Positions 61,475 to 64,000 of a DNA stretch of 64,000 nt are shown piece by piece; the stretch's first letter is position 1; every line of letters begins with the position of its first letter. Source of the DNA: Eutreptiella sp. 'Long Island Sound 2002'. Its lineage: Eukaryota > Protista > Euglenida. The position numbers were made by a program, and so were the translations under genes. The notes beneath the pieces were generated by a model. The model ran no database searches, was not told the origin of the DNA, and worked only from the letters and a program-made list of their open reading frames with translations. Location of the stretch: NCBI GenBank assembly GCA_964036045.1, contig OZ038378.1, positions 4,340,001-4,404,000 on the forward strand, read 5' to 3'.

Positions 61475-63631
61475 GTGCCCATGCTCCTCAGAGTGGGGTT
61501 GGGTTGGGGCACTCGAAGAGTCCGGGACCCCAACAACACCGACCGGGGACTACCTTCTGGCACCTCAAGTTTTCTTGCGTTGAATCCAGCCCTTCTTCTG
61601 AAGGGGTGGGTTTCGGCGCCAAAAGCCCGTGTTCAAGTTTAGTAGTTGTTGCACCCTTCGGGCCCTTACACCCGCGCATGCGGCGTGTCCCTCTGAGAAC
61701 ACGCTTCTCAGGTACGAAAGATGTGCGGTCAGCCAACGGACACCCATGGATGGGTGGGGAGGGCCGCATTGGATGGCGTTGCGCTTGCCTAGGGCTTCTT
61801 TTTTGGTTTCAAAGGCAAACACCCGCCAGCCCGTTGGCACGAAATGCGCACGTGCGCCATGCACACTGCACGGCAAGAGCCCCACCTCCCGCTTTTTTGC
61901 TCTAAGGCCAGGGTCTTTTTTAGTGAAGTCGCAACAGCCATGCAAGAGAAATGACTGCAGTTGGGAAAGGGGAATCTGGCTCATGTTCGCCCCGTGCCTG
62001 GTGCTGGTTGTGCTTGGGTTCGGATGGGTTGCCCACCATCGCCATACCTTGTCGGAGCTGTGAAGGGGTAGTCAGCCACTGCTGAGCAGTCAAGCACGAA
62101 TAAAACTGTGGCAATTGTCATCTTAGACTTTCTTGACTGAGATCTTGGGAAACCCAAAAATGTGCTAATTAGGCCACGAACCCTAAAGGCGGGAGAGCTC
62201 AGACAAATGCAATGGGAGGGGGTGCACACTCATTCTAGAAATAGGCAGGGGAAATTGGGATTTCAACTCCAAGGGGGCGATTTAATAAAGCCCCCAGAAC
62301 TTGGGGGGGGGGGGTTGGGGAAAAGGGCTCAATTGACAGGGACCATTATTTCCATTGGCGCCGAAAGTCGCCAATGTCTACCACAAAAAAGTCCATAATG
62401 CATGCATGTCCACCACATGTTGCTGGAACAATACTATGTATAGTTCTCCCAGGGTATGTGCATACAAGCCTACCATCAACCCCTATCCCCAACGAGATTA
62501 TATACCGAGTTGGTGAAACACACATGGTTATCCCTATCCACCACATAGTGCATATTGGTTTATCATGCAATCGAGCCCTTCACCTTGTTTAGCTGCCGCC
62601 TGTTGACACAAAGTGATTCATACTACTAGAAGGTGGGCACAGCAGGTATGCGGTCACCCTTATTATCAAGTTAGCCTTAGGGCTAAGGTAACCAAACTGG
62701 TGGAACCAATAAAATCTTACAACCCGCTCCACTCAGCTCATGTAACTGGTTTGAGCATCCCAAGTGGTCTAGGTGGGAACTTTGGAAATAATCCTTCTTG
62801 ACCACTTTTTGACCCACAGGTGAACCCTGCTAGCCACACCCTAGCATGGGCCCAGTGCACCACTCCTCGGATCCAATGGGGCCCCAGATTGGCAAAAGCT
62901 GCCAAACACGATTGCAAACTGGTTTTTCATCATCTTGGTTGGTTCCGATGCAAATGAACCCCACCACAGACATACTATGTACCCTAAACTGCTAGTGACT
63001 AGTATTTTTTGGCCATTTTAGACAGTCCTTGTTTTTGGAACTTGCCACCTACAATTACAGCACCCACCCCAGGCAGCCAGTATTGAGTTTCTTCCTCCAA
63101 CTTTGCAGGATTGCGCTTCTTGCCCAACAATTCACCAAACAATTGGGATGACTCCAAAGCACCATGACAGCATTCTGAATTGTTCCCATTTCGCATGTTC
63201 TTGCAGTTTGCTGCTTGCTTGCTTTTGCAAGAAAGGATAGCTCCACCCTACACCTTGCACACATATTGCATGCTATAGACCATGCGGTGCACAAATACGA
63301 AACTGCACCACACACGTTGTCCCATTTTTCAGCCTTTTTAGACCTTTTTTGGGGGGCCACAACGGGTCACTGCAAGCTCAAAATGGGTGAAGAACACTTG
63401 TTTGGGCACCCCAATAGTTTTAGGATGACTTTTGGAAAAAGGTGTTTTCGACCCCCTTTTGACCCCATTTTGGTCCCAAAATGAACCTTTTTTCAACGTC
63501 CGTCGACCGTTTTTTTGGGGGGGGGGAGGGGGGGGGGGGGGGGGGGCAAAACATTTCACCACATTCTGAAAAAAAGACCAAAACAAATTGTTTGAGCATC
63601 CCAAGAGCCCCAGCAAGAATTGTGAAAAAAA

Positions 63632-64000
63632 TCACCTCGAAGAGAGGTTGTTGGATCAAGCGCACGCACGTGCGTCGTATACCCCCTTTTTGGGGGTCGT
63701 TCGCATAGCATACCCCACGCATGATATTGGATGTCCCCTTATAAAATCATTATTTTGCCCAATAAAACGATCCCCTAATGGATTTTGTGATTCCGAGGCC
63801 TCCATCCCCTGAAACTGGATATCACATTTTTTTTTGATGGGGGGGGATTCAAAAGTTTGTGCTCCGAAGGATTTGAACGAGGGTTGGGTACAACAAAGCT
63901 TACAGGTCGGCCGGTGCGGCCAGCGATCTGTCGGCCGGGAATTGAACCGCTGACATGGCTGTTGGCGGTTGATTGCATTACCACTCAACCGCTGCCTGTT
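63632..64000 (+). mobile_element. Second copy of the Helentron-like element (5' part) with a different tRNA-like cassette on the - strand
   Basis: 63632-63865 aligns with 49025-49265, including CACCTCGAAGAGAGGTTG. - strand GGCAGCGGTTGAGTGGTAATGCA...GCGGTTCAATTCC at about 63925-63996. Truncated by the window edge. Confidence 0.75.

Overview
Eukaryotic, repeat-dense genomic DNA. It is probably from a euglenid or another epiplast-bearing protist, inferred from an articulin-type gene, large GT-AG introns and many poly-G/C tracts. Three intron-split host genes can be rebuilt by hand, all on the + strand: (1) the 3' exons of a yeast-Hpt1-type purine phosphoribosyltransferase (about 547-2352); (2) an articulin/epiplastin-like VPV-repeat gene (12530-24092, probably ending at 34749); (3) a cytochrome-b5/acyl-CoA dehydrogenase fusion gene (46208-61474, continuing beyond the window). 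The rest is mostly transposon debris: decayed LINE-like RT, PIF/Harbinger-type DDE fragments with a C-terminal B-box-like finger, hAT fragments, PIP-box-bearing fragments, a Ulp1-like/SAP ORF, MITEs, Helentron-like elements carrying tRNA-like cassettes, and several tandem arrays. The most notable candidate is a frameshifted relic on the - strand (about 7400-8400). It shows RuvC-I, RuvC-II, zinc-ribbon and RuvC-III motifs in the order expected for a Fanzor/TnpB RNA-guided nuclease. All homology calls come from motif reading by eye; no searches were run.
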